A DNA stretch of 64,000 bases from Longimicrobiales bacterium (GCA_965238005.1 OZ250165.1:800001-864000); one strand, 5' to 3'; positions 10,235 to 20,275 are shown, counted from the stretch's first letter. Notes: generated by a model not told the origin, from the letters alone. Numbers and translations: made by a program.

Positions 10235-10672
10235 ATGGGTAGACTCAGCCCGGTGATTTTTTTGCAGCAGTCGCAGAAGTTCTTGGAGGCATCCGAGCGG
10301 GAGTTCAACAATGCCGGATCTTCGATCCCGATCCCCGGCTACTTTCTGGCTAGTCGTGCACTGGAGCTTGCCCTCAAGAGCTTCCTTCTCCTTCACGTGA
10401 ATCGCACCGAGCACCAGCTACGAGAGATCGGGCATGACCTAGATCGCGGGCTGGACGCGGCCTGTGAACTAGGGCTGGGTGACCTGGTGGACATCGAGGA
10501 CCGGGACCGGGCGGTGATTTCCGGCCTGAACCGGTATTATGTCAGCAAGGATCTGGAGTACGTGAAGACGGGCTACAAGAGTTATCCGGACCCACAGGTC
10601 ATGCTCACCACGGTTCGCTGCCTCCTCGATGGGATTACACCGGCAGTTTGCAGGTGGCTCCCGCACGACTAA
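10235..10672 (+). CDS. HEPN-like helical protein (145 aa)
   Basis: YFLASRALELALKSFL and IGHDL motifs typical of HEPN-fold families; no canonical Rx4-6H. Confidence 0.6.
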   Translation: MGRLSPVIFLQQSQKFLEASEREFNNAGSSIPIPGYFLASRALELALKSFLLLHVNRTEHQLREIGHDLDRGLDAACELGLGDLVDIEDRDRAVISGLNRYYVSKDLEYVKTGYKSYPDPQVMLTTVRCLLDGITPAVCRWLPHD

Positions 10673-10693
10673 GCAGGACCTCTCGCCGTCGCA

Positions 10694-11449
10694 TCAACTG
10701 TGCTCCCGTAATTCGCTGCTCCAGATGTCGAGGTCCATGGCCAACGCCGTGGCGAGAGGCTGGAGCTTGCGGATCAGTGCCATGAAGAAACCGACGAGCG
10801 CCGTGTCGGCGTCGTAGAAGATCAAGTCTCTCTCGGTATGGTCGACTTCGAATGCGCCGTGGGACATGGCGAGGCCAAGATCGAGACGGTGCTTGCCGGT
10901 CAGCCCCGACAGCGCATCACGGAACGAATCGCCAAACGGCTCCGCCCAGCCGGAGGTCAGGGCAAGGATCCCGCCCAGGATCTCCTGCTTTCTCGGGTCC
11001 TTTCCCGCGTACTTACCTACGTTTGTCCAGATAGAACCTGACGTTCGATGCAGGGCGCGCACGGATGCGACCTTCTCGCCCGTCTGTTTAAGCGTCTCCT
11101 TAGAGACGTCCTGTTTCGCGTCGAAGACAGCGTAGACGCTTTCGGCCGGAACGAAGCACGACGTCCCTGCCTGGAAGAGAAATGGGGAGTACTGCGCGTC
11201 GTGGATGATGACGTCGATCTGACCGGAGATCCCATTCCGGTGGTCGAGCACGAAGCCGGTGTTGACGGAGTATCGGCGCGGGAGGTAAGCGGCCAACATT
11301 TCGCGCCAGCGAAGCTCTGCCGCCGCGCCCTTCTCGCCCTCATGGGGCATGACACGCCGGTTGGCAGACAGCGCGGACAGCATCTCTTCCTGCTTCGCGA
11401 GCATGAAATCGTGGATCGTTGGGCGTGGATCCAGCTCTTCAATCGTCAT
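10694..11449 (-). CDS. nucC: NucC-family cyclic-oligoadenylate-activated endonuclease (251 aa)
   Basis: YLPRRY, QIDVIIHDAQYSP, VPAESVYAVFDAKQ, KVASVRALHRTS, ILGGIL; GGAG RBS before ATG 11449. Confidence 0.9.
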   Translation of the reverse strand: MTIEELDPRPTIHDFMLAKQEEMLSALSANRRVMPHEGEKGAAAELRWREMLAAYLPRRYSVNTGFVLDHRNGISGQIDVIIHDAQYSPFLFQAGTSCFVPAESVYAVFDAKQDVSKETLKQTGEKVASVRALHRTSGSIWTNVGKYAGKDPRKQEILGGILALTSGWAEPFGDSFRDALSGLTGKHRLDLGLAMSHGAFEVDHTERDLIFYDADTALVGFFMALIRKLQPLATALAMDLDIWSSELREHS

Positions 11450-12340
11450 CACTCTTCTCCACCGGTGGGCTTGCCACCGACCCAACCTCACAGATGCGCG
11501 CGTGGTCGCGGTCATGGCCTGACCCGCTGGACTACGACGGGAACATCCAGTCGCGCAGGTTCGTCGGCATGGTGTCGCTGTTGGCCCGGTGCCGCGCGAG
11601 GATGGTGCCGACCTGGCGCGTGACGCGTATTCCCAACGGCACTCTCGCTTTCGTGACCTAATTTGGCATTTCGTTCTCGTAATTGTCAAAGCCGGAAGCC
11701 TAGCTACTTCGCCATTTTTCCCCTTCTGAGGAGGACGAGGCCTGAAGGATGGGCAAGGTAGTCGGCTTCGCCACCCGCACGGGGACGGTGGCGATATTGC
11801 TCGTCGCTCTGCTCCGGGAGGCATATCCGCGCCAGTAGTCCCAAGATCGCCGTGCTTGCTCGGCCTAGGCGTCTTGGCCGATCACGAGCAAAGGCCATCG
11901 CTGGTTCGTGCAGTTCTGTAGCAGCTGAGGATCCCGTTGGCGGACCAGATCCAGATCCGCCGCAGCCGACCGAACGATTTCGAGCCGACGGGAGGATCCT
12001 CCAAGTTGAGGATTGGCTGCGTGCCAAGGGGGGCCCTCCCGTCTATGGCCGCGTGCTGCGGCCAGCCGCGAGATCGTGCTAGTGGAGTGGGCCACCGTTC
12101 ACGGCGATGTCCGGTCCCTCAGCGAGTTGCTGATCTGAAAGCCGGGCTGCGGACGTTTCGCGGGGTCGTCGCTTGCCCGGAGGCCGCGAGATAGCCGACC
12201 ACCACCTGGTGCTTCATCCGCTCCGGCGGGATCGTCCACTCCCGTGCCGTGGGCTTGCCAAAGAAGAGAACGCGCCACCTTCATACGCAATGACAGTGTG
12301 TCCTTCGCCGCTCGACGGGCTTCCTCGTCTCCTCGACGAC

Positions 12341-12840
12341 TGTCAATGGCCACGGAAAACTGCACACTTCTGGCCATTGAAAAGTGCACACTTTGGGGGA
12401 GCCCGCGCGGAGGGAGCGGAGCGACCGGAGCGGGGGCTCCCGATGGAGTCGGGACACCCGTCATGACGCTGCTCCCCCGATCTCCGCGTGCTCTGCGGAG
12501 ATGGCCCGGGAGGCGGTCGGGTGGATGGCCTTGGAGAGTTCCATGTGGCGTCGCATACCGGTAGCTGTTACCCCGGATGTTGACGATGTGGCAGCGGTGG
12601 AGCACCCGGTCGAGCAGCGCGGCGGCCATGACCTCGTCGTGCAGGGTGTCTCCCCACTGCTCGAAGCCCTTGTTGGAGGTGAGCACGGTCGAAGCGTGCT
12701 CGTAGCGCCGGTTGACGAGCTGGAAGAACAGGATGGCGCCGCTCCTGGTGACCGGGAGGTAGCCGATCTCGTCGACGACCAGGAGTGCGGGGTGGGTGAG
12801 GGTCTTCAGCCGATGGTTGAGCCGACCGGCCGCCTCGGCA
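12341..12840 (-). mobile_element. istB: IS21-family right end with frameshifted istB 3' fragment
   Basis: End TGTCAATGGCCA with repeated aa(c/g)tgcacactt; LVVDEIGYLP, LTSNKGF, LDRVLHRC, GNSYR; truncated near 12840. Confidence 0.85.
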
Positions 12841-12860
12841 GAGTGCGGATAATGTGATTC

Positions 12861-12981
12861 ACGGCAAGTAATCGTCTAAGTTCAACTGGGACTGCACGAT
12901 CTGCCGCACTTGCCGCTTTGAGGACATCTGATTCCGCCGCACTGAAATAGCGGGGAAACGGTATCAAAAGGCGGGAGTCCC
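12861..12981 (+). repeat. ~120-bp non-coding att-like element, inverted copy at 57055-57175
   Basis: acggcaagtaatcgtctaagttcaa...gactgcacgatctgccgcacttgccg...ggcggga(g/a)tccc shared between the copies. Confidence 0.85.
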
Positions 12982-13037
12982 GGCTCCGCGCTGTTCAGTG
13001 TGGGCAATCCGCCAGCGGGTGTCAGCATGAGGTCCGG

Positions 13038-13153
13038 TGCCTATCCGCTCCGAGCGAAGCCGTCCGGGTTGGAGCGGAATCGGTGGACGGCTTGGCCTGG
13101 AACAGGTGGACGGCTTGGCTCGGAATGAGTGGACGACTTCGTCGGAATAGGCA
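13038..13153 (-). mobile_element. isolated IS21-type end (possible miniature element)
   Basis: Reverse strand begins TGCCTATTCCG; three ggaaNNNgtggacg repeats at ~22-bp spacing; tgcctatccg at 13038. Confidence 0.65.
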
Positions 13154-13187
13154 AACTTGGCATAACCCGTCGCGGTAAACCCCGCCT

Positions 13188-13223
13188 GTTTCGATCCGCG
13201 CCCCCCGCGCGGGGCGGGGCGAC
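13188..13223 (-). CRISPR. solitary type I-C-like CRISPR repeat (no array)
   Basis: Reverse strand GTCGCCCCGCCCCGCGCGGGGGGCGCGGATCGAAAC; one copy, no cas genes in the window. Confidence 0.6.
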
Positions 13224-13361
13224 GGCATCAAGGGGTTGAACGTCACGCTTATCAGGCTCGGCACAGATGATATGATTCACGGTAGAGTCGAGGACTGGCG
13301 CGCCGACGTTAGGGTCCGGTGGCTATTCCGTCGCTTTCGCTCCGGGCCTCAGACCGGCTCC

Positions 13362-13662
13362 TGGCGTGACCCCCTGAAACGAGACCAGCGCGAATGTTAG
13401 GATCTGGCACTGGTCGCAAGATCAGGAGGAGGTCACAAATGAGCAGGAGAAGGCACACGCCGGAGCAGATCATCACGGCACTGAGGGAGGCCGAGGTAGG
13501 TCTGGCGAACGGCAAGACGGTGGCAATGGTGAGCCGTGAGCTCGGGATCAGCGAGCAAACGTACTACCGGTGGCGGAAGGAGTTTGGGGGGATGAAGGTG
13601 GATCAGGCCCGGCGGCTGAAGGAACTGGAGCGAGAGAACGGGCACCTGAAGCGGGCGGTGGC
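13362..13662 (+). mobile_element. IS3-family left end with truncated orfA (ATG 13439)
   Basis: tggcgtgaccccctgaaacgagacca end; MSRRRHTPEQII...RRLKELERENGHLKRAVA then abrupt junction with the kinase gene. Confidence 0.85.
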
Positions 13663-15008
13663 GAGTGCCGGGCCGCGTTCGAGAAGAGGTTGTTGAGCAC
13701 CTGGACGATGCGCTCGCGGTCGGCCATCACCCGCGGGAGGTCCGGCGGGAGGTCGATGACGACGGCGTGCCGTCCGCCCCCGCTCAGAAAGGTGGTCCGG
13801 GCCCGATCCACGAGCGCGGCGACGCTGGAGGGCTCGGGCGCGCTGGAGGGCTCGGGCGCGATGGTGAGCGTGCCCGCCTCGATGCTCCCGGCGTCGAGGA
13901 GGTTCGCGATGAGGCCCCTCATGTGGTCCGCCTGCCCGTCGATGATGCGGAAGAACTGGAGCAGCTCGGCCTGGGGCGGGACGGGGGAGGCACCGAGCAC
14001 GGTCGCCGTCGAGCCCTTGATCGAGGTGAGCGGCGCGCGGAGCTCGTGGCTCACCATCCCGAGAAACTCCGCCCGCTGCCGCTCGAGGTCGTCGAGCGGC
14101 GCCAGGTCCTGAACGGTGGTGACGACCGACACGAGTTCCCCCTCCTCCGAGCGGATCGGGGTGACGTTCAGGAGCGTCCGGACGCTCCGCCCGTCGGGCA
14201 CCGATAGGACGACCTCCTCGGCGCGCATCGTCGTGGCGCCCTCGAGGTGCCACGCGAGGGGAAACTCCTCGAGGGAGTGCTCCCGCCCGTCGGCGTGCCT
14301 GCACGTCAACACCTCGAAAAGGTGCTCGGTCGGGCGGCCCGGGGTGCGGAGCCCCTCGGCGATCCGCCGCGCCTCGCGGTTGAACAGGACCGGGCGACCG
14401 GTGGCAGCGTCGAAGACCCCGACCCCGACCGGCGAGGTCTCGACCAGAGCCTCGAGGTCGGCCCGCGCCCGCTCGACGTCGCGGTGCGTCCTCGCGTTCG
14501 CGATCGCCGTCCCCGCCTGCGAGGCGAAGAGCAGCAGGATCTCCTCGTCCTCGGCGGTGAACGCCTCGCCGTTCTCCTTGTCGCCCAGGAAAAAGTTCCC
14601 CAGATGCTCGCGCCGGTGGTGCATCGGGGTCCCCTGCAGCGTCTTCGAGCTCGAAGGGTTCGAGAGGCCGAGCGAGCGAAGGTAGCCGGGGAGGTCCGCC
14701 ACCCGGAGCGGCGCCGGAAGGTCCCTCAGGTGCTCGAAGAGCCAAGGCCCGTCGGGCCAGTCCATCAGATTCCGGCGCTCGTCCGGCGTCATGCCGGAGG
14801 TGACGACGTCCTGCACCCGTCCCCGGTCGTCGACGGTCGTGATCATGCTCTGACGGGCGCTCGTGAGCGCGCGGGCGCTGTCGACGACCTCCTCAAGCAC
14901 CGTGGCCAGGTCGAGGCTCTGGCTGATGCGCAGGATCGCCGCGCTCAGCCGCGAGATGCGGTTGTCGGAAGGCCTGCTCCCGTGCCCCGCAAGCTCTCCA
15001 TCGCTCAA
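13663..15008 (-). pseudogene. GAF-PAS sensor histidine kinase, 3'-truncated in the HATPase domain
   Basis: H-box FLGMVSHELRAPLTSIKG, N-box QVLNNLFSNAARHS then IS3 junction; G-boxes missing; 18-bp tandem duplication at 13823-13858. Confidence 0.85.
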
Positions 15009-15157
15009 TGTTCCACTCCCGCTGCGGGGTGAGGCGGAGCCGGCCGGGCTCCGCAGCGGAGTGGAGGATAGCGCGTTTCCGGGGGACAGTCACGAACGGG
15101 CCATGAGACTCGCCCGTAAGTCACAATAAGCTTACTAACAATCGGTTAGCTTCCCGT

Positions 15158-15191
15158 TTTACTCGCGATAACTGTAGTTATCAGGAGTAAA
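15158..15191. other. 34-bp lox-like recombination site A (13-8-13)
   Basis: TTTACTCGCGATA-ACTGTAGT-TATCAGGAGTAAA; arms 11/13 inverted match. Confidence 0.75.
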
Positions 15192-15236
15192 CGCCGCAAG
15201 AAATTGTGACCTGCGGGCCGTGCGGTCTCCCGGGGC

Positions 15237-16200
15237 TCATCGGCGTTTCTGGAGGCGTGCGAGCTGGGCGGCGCCGTTGCGCTTGGCGAGGAGCCGCCCG
15301 CCGTATAGCTGCACCATCGAGGCGCTCTTCCAGCGTCCGGCCTGCATGATGGCGGGGATCCCGATCCCCGATGCGACCATGTCCTGAGCGGCCCCCACCC
15401 GGGGGCTGTGCCCGGAGATCCGGCGCACCATCTCGGCGGGGAGCCCGGCGCGTTCGGCCATCGCCCGGTAGATGCGCGGCACCTGGCTCGCATCGAGGCT
15501 CTCGCCCACGGTGCCGTCTTTGTGGAGCGAACGGAAGAGCGGCCCGGCGGCGATCCCGCTCGCGCACAGCCACTCCCGCACCAGCTTCACGGTGTCGAAG
15601 TGCAGGTACAGCATCGCACCGCCGCCCTCCGGATCGCTCTTCGCGCGGCGTACGAGGAGCGAGGCCGATCCTCCCCTATCTATCGTCACATCAGCTACTT
15701 GCAGCGCGACCAGCTCCGAGCGGCGGAGCATGGCGTCGTAGGCGACGGCGAGCATCGCACGGTTCCGCACGTCGATGGTCCGGTCGCCGCCGGCCGACGT
15801 CAGGCGTCGGCGGAGTTTCCAGGTCAGACCCTGCACCTGCGTCTGGCGGGCCCCCCTCCGCCGGCGCATGCGCTGTAGGGCCCGCTGCACCGCGGCGCGC
15901 TCAAGCGGGCTCCGTTCCCCGGCCGCCTTGTGCATGGCGGCGATGCTGAATACGTAGCGGCGCACGGTGGCCGGGGCGCGGACGCCCGCCATCGCATCGA
16001 CGTACGCCGCCACCGTGGCCGCGCGCGCGGGGAAGCGGAGAGAGTCCCCGCTCCGCGCACCATGCCGCGAACCCTTCCAGGTCCGCTCGGAGGGCCCGGA
16101 CGGTGTTCCCGCTGAGGGCGCCGGCGGCGTCCTGCAGGCACGCAGCGAGCCGTTCTCCGATTTGTGACCGCCTTGTGGTGGGACCTGTAGGGCCGGACAC
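15237..16200 (-). CDS. Cre-like tyrosine recombinase, split by one frameshift near 16030
   Basis: N-terminal NTVRALRADL..FAAWC in ORF 15901-16200; catalytic LRRSEL, AKSD, GHSPRVG, AGRW, VQLYG in ORF 15237-16013; one extra base in a C run. Confidence 0.85.
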
Positions 16201-16258
16201 GACTACTGGGCCGAAATCGGCATAAGTGACTCCTCTACAACGATATACGTCAAAACGT

Positions 16259-16292
16259 TTTACTCCCGATAACTACAGTTATCGGGAGCAAA
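16259..16292. other. 34-bp lox-like recombination site B, inverted relative to site A
   Basis: TTTACTCCCGATA-ACTACAGT-TATCGGGAGCAAA; arms 12/13; spacer is the reverse complement of the site A spacer. Confidence 0.75.
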
Positions 16293-16431
16293 AACGGCGT
16301 CGCGGCACCAAGTGGCAAGGGACAGGCCTTCACGGCGAGAGCGAGCAAGAGCGCCATGCGGTCGTCCGGGCGCACGGGAAACCGGCCCCGCGTTGCGGAG
16401 GTCGCCAACACGACAAGGGAGACGAACAGCA

Positions 16432-19400
16432 ATGGGATTCGAACCGACACGGCAGACGGGACATTCGCGATCGGAGCGGGCTGCACGCATGGCCCCGCCG
16501 CTATCGTGGCGCTTCCTCTATCCGCGCGCGGGGGCGGCCCGTCTCCATCGTGGACTTCTGGCGTGCGCTTCGCGGGGCGGCATGTCGGGGCTGCGCCATC
16601 TCGGGCCATCTCTCGCCGGACCGGCCCTGATGGGTCTGATCCTGCTTGCGTTCTCCACCCTCGGCGCAGCGCCGGCCCAGGCGCAGACGGTGGCCACCGA
16701 CGCGACGCTGAGCGAGATCGTCGTCAATAAGAAGGAAGGCAATGACCGCGGCGATGAGATTGTGCTGGAGCCGGCCTTTTCGAGCGACCGGACCTCCTAC
16801 AGCTTCGTGGTGGGACACGAATCCTCTTCGTTCCTGACGGTCCGCACGACCCACCCCCGCGCGACGGTGAGGATCTTCGAGGGTCGGCTGTCGCATCTGG
16901 AGACGCCGCCGCATCTGGAGGGGGAGGTGAGGCATTACGGCGAGGTGGTGGTGCGGTCTCTCGGGGGTGGGCGGTGGTCGACCAATCTCAATCCCTTCGA
17001 AGGCCGCTATTGGATCGACGTGACGGTGACTTCGGCGGACGAAGAACACCAAGTGAACTACAGGTTGGACTATTTGGCCAGGGGCCGGCCGCCGAGTCTG
17101 CTTTGGGCCTTGATCGCGCCGCACGGCTCGAGGGGGACTCTCGACCGCGTGACGCTGAAATACGACAAGATCCTGAGACCGGACGGGCCCGATCCGGACA
17201 ACCCCTTGGCACCGCCGGCGAGCGCCTTTTCGGTGGAGGTGGAAGGCGAACGTGTGCCGGTGACGAGGACGCAGATCAACGCCGAGTATCTGCAGCTGAG
17301 GCTGGCGCGGGAGCTGTCCCCCCAGGAGCAGCAGGTGACGGTGAGCTATGCCCGTCCGGCCACGAACCCGGTGCAGACCAACATCGGAGGGCTCGCGTTC
17401 GACTTCACCGACTACCCGGTGGACGTCAGCCGGGCACCCACGACCAACAATTCCGAGCTGTCGGTCGCGGACGCCGAGGTGACCGAGGGCGAAGGGACGA
17501 TGGACTTCGTGGTGACGCTCGCGCCGGCGCAGCGGCCGCCGGCGTGGGTGGACTACGCGACGGCGGACGGCACGGCCAGGGCGGGCGAGGACTACAGGGC
17601 GACGAGCGGACGGGTGAAGTTCCGGAAGAGGGAGACGACCAAGACCGTCTCCGTGCCGATCATCAACGACGCGGTGGAGGAGGACGGGGAGACGTTCACG
17701 CTCGTCCTGAGCGACCCCGAAGGCGCGCTGATCGCCGACGGGGAGGCGACCGGCACGATCGTCGACGACGGCGACGAAGGGGTGCAGCCGCCGCGGCCGC
17801 CGCAGAACACCGGCACGGAGCTGTTCTCCGAAACGATGACCGTGGGGTACGACTTCAACAACACTTGGGCCGGATATGACGACGGATCAGGTGGTAACTC
17901 TCAGATCGGTATGCTGCCCGAGACCGGCTTCTCCTTCGGCGGCACCGGCTACACGGTGGAGCAGGTGACGAACAGTGATTCCGGGGAGCTGCGGCTGAAG
18001 CTGAACGGCCTGCTGACGCAGGAGGACGCCGCGCCGCTGGACCTGTATATCGGCAACACGCTGTTCGGGTTGGCCGGGGCGGACCGCTACTTTGGCAACC
18101 GCAACTTTCGCGCCTGGAATGACTCCGGTCTGGTCTTGCGCTCCGGCTCGACCATTCTGGTGCGGATTGTGGATCGGAGGCCGGCGATGACCGGGACGTT
18201 CGAGAACGTCCCGCGGAACCACAACAGCCCGTTCACCTTCGAGGTGCATTTCAGCGAGGAGGTCGTGGTGAGCGCGGAGACGCTGCGCGACCATGCCTTC
18301 GCGGTGACCAACGGCGAGGTGACGGGGGCGCGGCAGCTCAATCCGCCGAGCACGATGGCGTGGGAGATCACGGTCGCTTCGTTCTCGGAGGAGGCGGTGA
18401 CGTTGGTGCTGCCGGAGACGACGGACTGCGCGGCGGCGGGCGCGATCTGCACCGAAGACGGGCGGATGCTCTCGGCGGATATCTCGGCGGTGGTGGAGGG
18501 GCCCGGGGCGACGCCCGAGCCGCTGACGGCGACCTTCGGCGACGTGCCATCCGAGCACACGGGACAGGCGTTCACGTTCGGGCTGGCGTTCAGCGAGGAG
18601 GTCGAGATCAGCTATGAGACGCTGCGCGACGACGCGTTCGAGGTCACGGGCGGGAGCGTCACGACCGCGAGCCGCACCGCGCCGCCGTCGAACCAGGAGT
18701 GGGCGATCACGGTCGAGCCGGCTTCGAGCAGCGACACGGTGGCCATCACGCTGCCGGAGACGACCGACTGCGGCGCGGCCGGCGCCATCTGCACGGGCGG
18801 GGACGACCCGAGGCCGCTGAGCAACAGCCCGTCGCACACCGTGGCGGCGGCGGCGGCGGTGCCGGAGCCGCTGACGGCGACCTTCGGCGACGACATGCCG
18901 GCCTCGCACACGGGAGAGACGTTCACGTTCGGGCTGAGCTTCAGCGAGGAACTCGCCTCCGACTTCAGCTACAAGACGCTGCGCGACGACGCGTTCAGCG
19001 TGACCGGCGGAAGCGTGAAGAATGCGAGCCGGCGGACGCAGGGCAGCAACCTCGCGTGGAACATCACGGTCGAGCCGGCTTCCACGAGCGCCACGGTGAC
19101 CATCACGCTGCCGGAGACGACCGACTGCGCCGCGACCGGGGCGATCTGCACAGAGGACGGCCGAGCGCTGTCGCACTCGCTGTCGGCGACCGTCAACGCG
19201 GCCTCCGCGAGCGCGAGCGCCGCGGCGAACGGGGACGGGGACGCGGAGGACGACGCGCTGGCGCTGGTGGCCGGCGTGACCCCGGACGAGGCCGCCCAAG
19301 CGTTGTTCGGCGAGCGGAGGCTGAGCGAGGCCCGGCTGGACGCTCTCGACCTTCTGGGCAACGGAAACGGTCGCTACGACCTCGGCGACCTGCTCTCCTG

Positions 19401-19983
19401 GATCGAGCGCTGCCGACAGGGTGAAGCGAGTTGCGGAAGCGTGCCCACGGATCCCGGTCCCGTCTCGGGCGCCGCCCTGCTCGCCGCCGGCGCGGTCGGA
19501 CGGCGGGGGAGCTCCAGGCGCCCCAAACGGCGCGATTCCGGGTGCCGCGGACGCTCACCGGGGGGACGCGGCAGGCGCCGCCGGGCGGGCATGGCAGGAT
19601 ACGTGCTCGCCATGCTGCTCGCCGCCACGACCTGGTCGTGTGCCGGCGATGCGGTCGGGCCGGCCGCCGTCGAGCAGGATCCGGGCTTCCTGACCGTGGA
19701 AGTAACCGGGCTCGTCGCCAATCGCGACATCGGCGTGCTGCTGGAGCTGGAAGGCCCCGGCATCGAAACCGTGCGGGCTCCCGGTCTCGAGTTGTACCAA
19801 TCCACGGCGGCCGGGCGGCATCAGATCGTCGTGGCGGGCTCGCTCATGGCGGGTCCCCTCGTGCAGTTCGAGGTGCCGGACCGCGGCCAGCTTCCTCTGT
19901 ACCGGGTCCGCGTCCAGCAGGTCACGGGAGAGGGCTACGGGCTGAGGGACACAGGGAACTACCGGGCCGTGATCACGCACTGA
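16432..19983 (+). CDS. large surface/adhesin-like protein (beta-sandwich, Calx-beta, three Cys-pair repeats); start uncertain (16432 or 16630)
   Basis: Signal-like AQA-Q; LSVADAEVTEG..VDYATADGTARAGEDY Calx-beta; 3x LPETTDCxAxGAICT repeats; DLLGNGNGRYD Ca-binding-like loop. Confidence 0.8.
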   Translation: MGFEPTRQTGHSRSERAARMAPPLSWRFLYPRAGAARLHRGLLACASRGGMSGLRHLGPSLAGPALMGLILLAFSTLGAAPAQAQTVATDATLSEIVVNKKEGNDRGDEIVLEPAFSSDRTSYSFVVGHESSSFLTVRTTHPRATVRIFEGRLSHLETPPHLEGEVRHYGEVVVRSLGGGRWSTNLNPFEGRYWIDVTVTSADEEHQVNYRLDYLARGRPPSLLWALIAPHGSRGTLDRVTLKYDKILRPDGPDPDNPLAPPASAFSVEVEGERVPVTRTQINAEYLQLRLARELSPQEQQVTVSYARPATNPVQTNIGGLAFDFTDYPVDVSRAPTTNNSELSVADAEVTEGEGTMDFVVTLAPAQRPPAWVDYATADGTARAGEDYRATSGRVKFRKRETTKTVSVPIINDAVEEDGETFTLVLSDPEGALIADGEATGTIVDDGDEGVQPPRPPQNTGTELFSETMTVGYDFNNTWAGYDDGSGGNSQIGMLPETGFSFGGTGYTVEQVTNSDSGELRLKLNGLLTQEDAAPLDLYIGNTLFGLAGADRYFGNRNFRAWNDSGLVLRSGSTILVRIVDRRPAMTGTFENVPRNHNSPFTFEVHFSEEVVVSAETLRDHAFAVTNGEVTGARQLNPPSTMAWEITVASFSEEAVTLVLPETTDCAAAGAICTEDGRMLSADISAVVEGPGATPEPLTATFGDVPSEHTGQAFTFGLAFSEEVEISYETLRDDAFEVTGGSVTTASRTAPPSNQEWAITVEPASSSDTVAITLPETTDCGAAGAICTGGDDPRPLSNSPSHTVAAAAAVPEPLTATFGDDMPASHTGETFTFGLSFSEELASDFSYKTLRDDAFSVTGGSVKNASRRTQGSNLAWNITVEPASTSATVTITLPETTDCAATGAICTEDGRALSHSLSATVNAASASASAAANGDGDAEDDALALVAGVTPDEAAQALFGERRLSEARLDALDLLGNGNGRYDLGDLLSWIERCRQGEASCGSVPTDPGPVSGAALLAAGAVGRRGSSRRPKRRDSGCRGRSPGGRGRRRRAGMAGYVLAMLLAATTWSCAGDAVGPAAVEQDPGFLTVEVTGLVANRDIGVLLELEGPGIETVRAPGLELYQSTAAGRHQIVVAGSLMAGPLVQFEVPDRGQLPLYRVRVQQVTGEGYGLRDTGNYRAVITH

Positions 19984-20089
19984 CCACCTCGGAAGGGATG
20001 GCCCCCCGACGTGCGCGCCGCAGCTCGTGTGCGCCGGGGGGCGCGTAGCAACCCTGACGCGCACCGATCCTGCTCGGTCCCGCCTGCTC

Positions 20090-20275
20090 GAGCCTACAGC
20101 GGGGCGCGCCTCCATGACAGGCCGGACGGCCCGGGGTTCGCCCCGCGGACCGCGCGGCGAAGCCAACCATGACCTCCGGTCCCGCGATCCCGCCGTCCCC
20201 GAAAAACGGCGCGCAGCCGATGTAGAGCCGCACGTCCTCGGCGCACTCCATGATGTGCTCGGCCAGGCTCTTCAC
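20090..20275 (-). pseudogene. possible internally deleted AbiEi/AbiEii type IV TA remnant
   Basis: VKSLAEHIMECAE joined to PEVMVGFAARS/GEP..RPV/EARPAV, resembling the AbiEii EFGARSTGEP region from memory. Confidence 0.35.

Noticed and set aside
11450..11824. N-terminal extension of NucC to 376 aa
   Set aside because: Low-complexity translation over integrase debris; RBS and NucC length support ATG 11449
13070..13153. Short tandem repeats as a mini CRISPR array
   Set aside because: Period about 22 bp, no unique spacers, and a TG terminus typical of IS21 ends
13823..13858. 18-bp tandem duplication in the kinase as a functional repeat
   Set aside because: In-frame slippage within an already truncated gene
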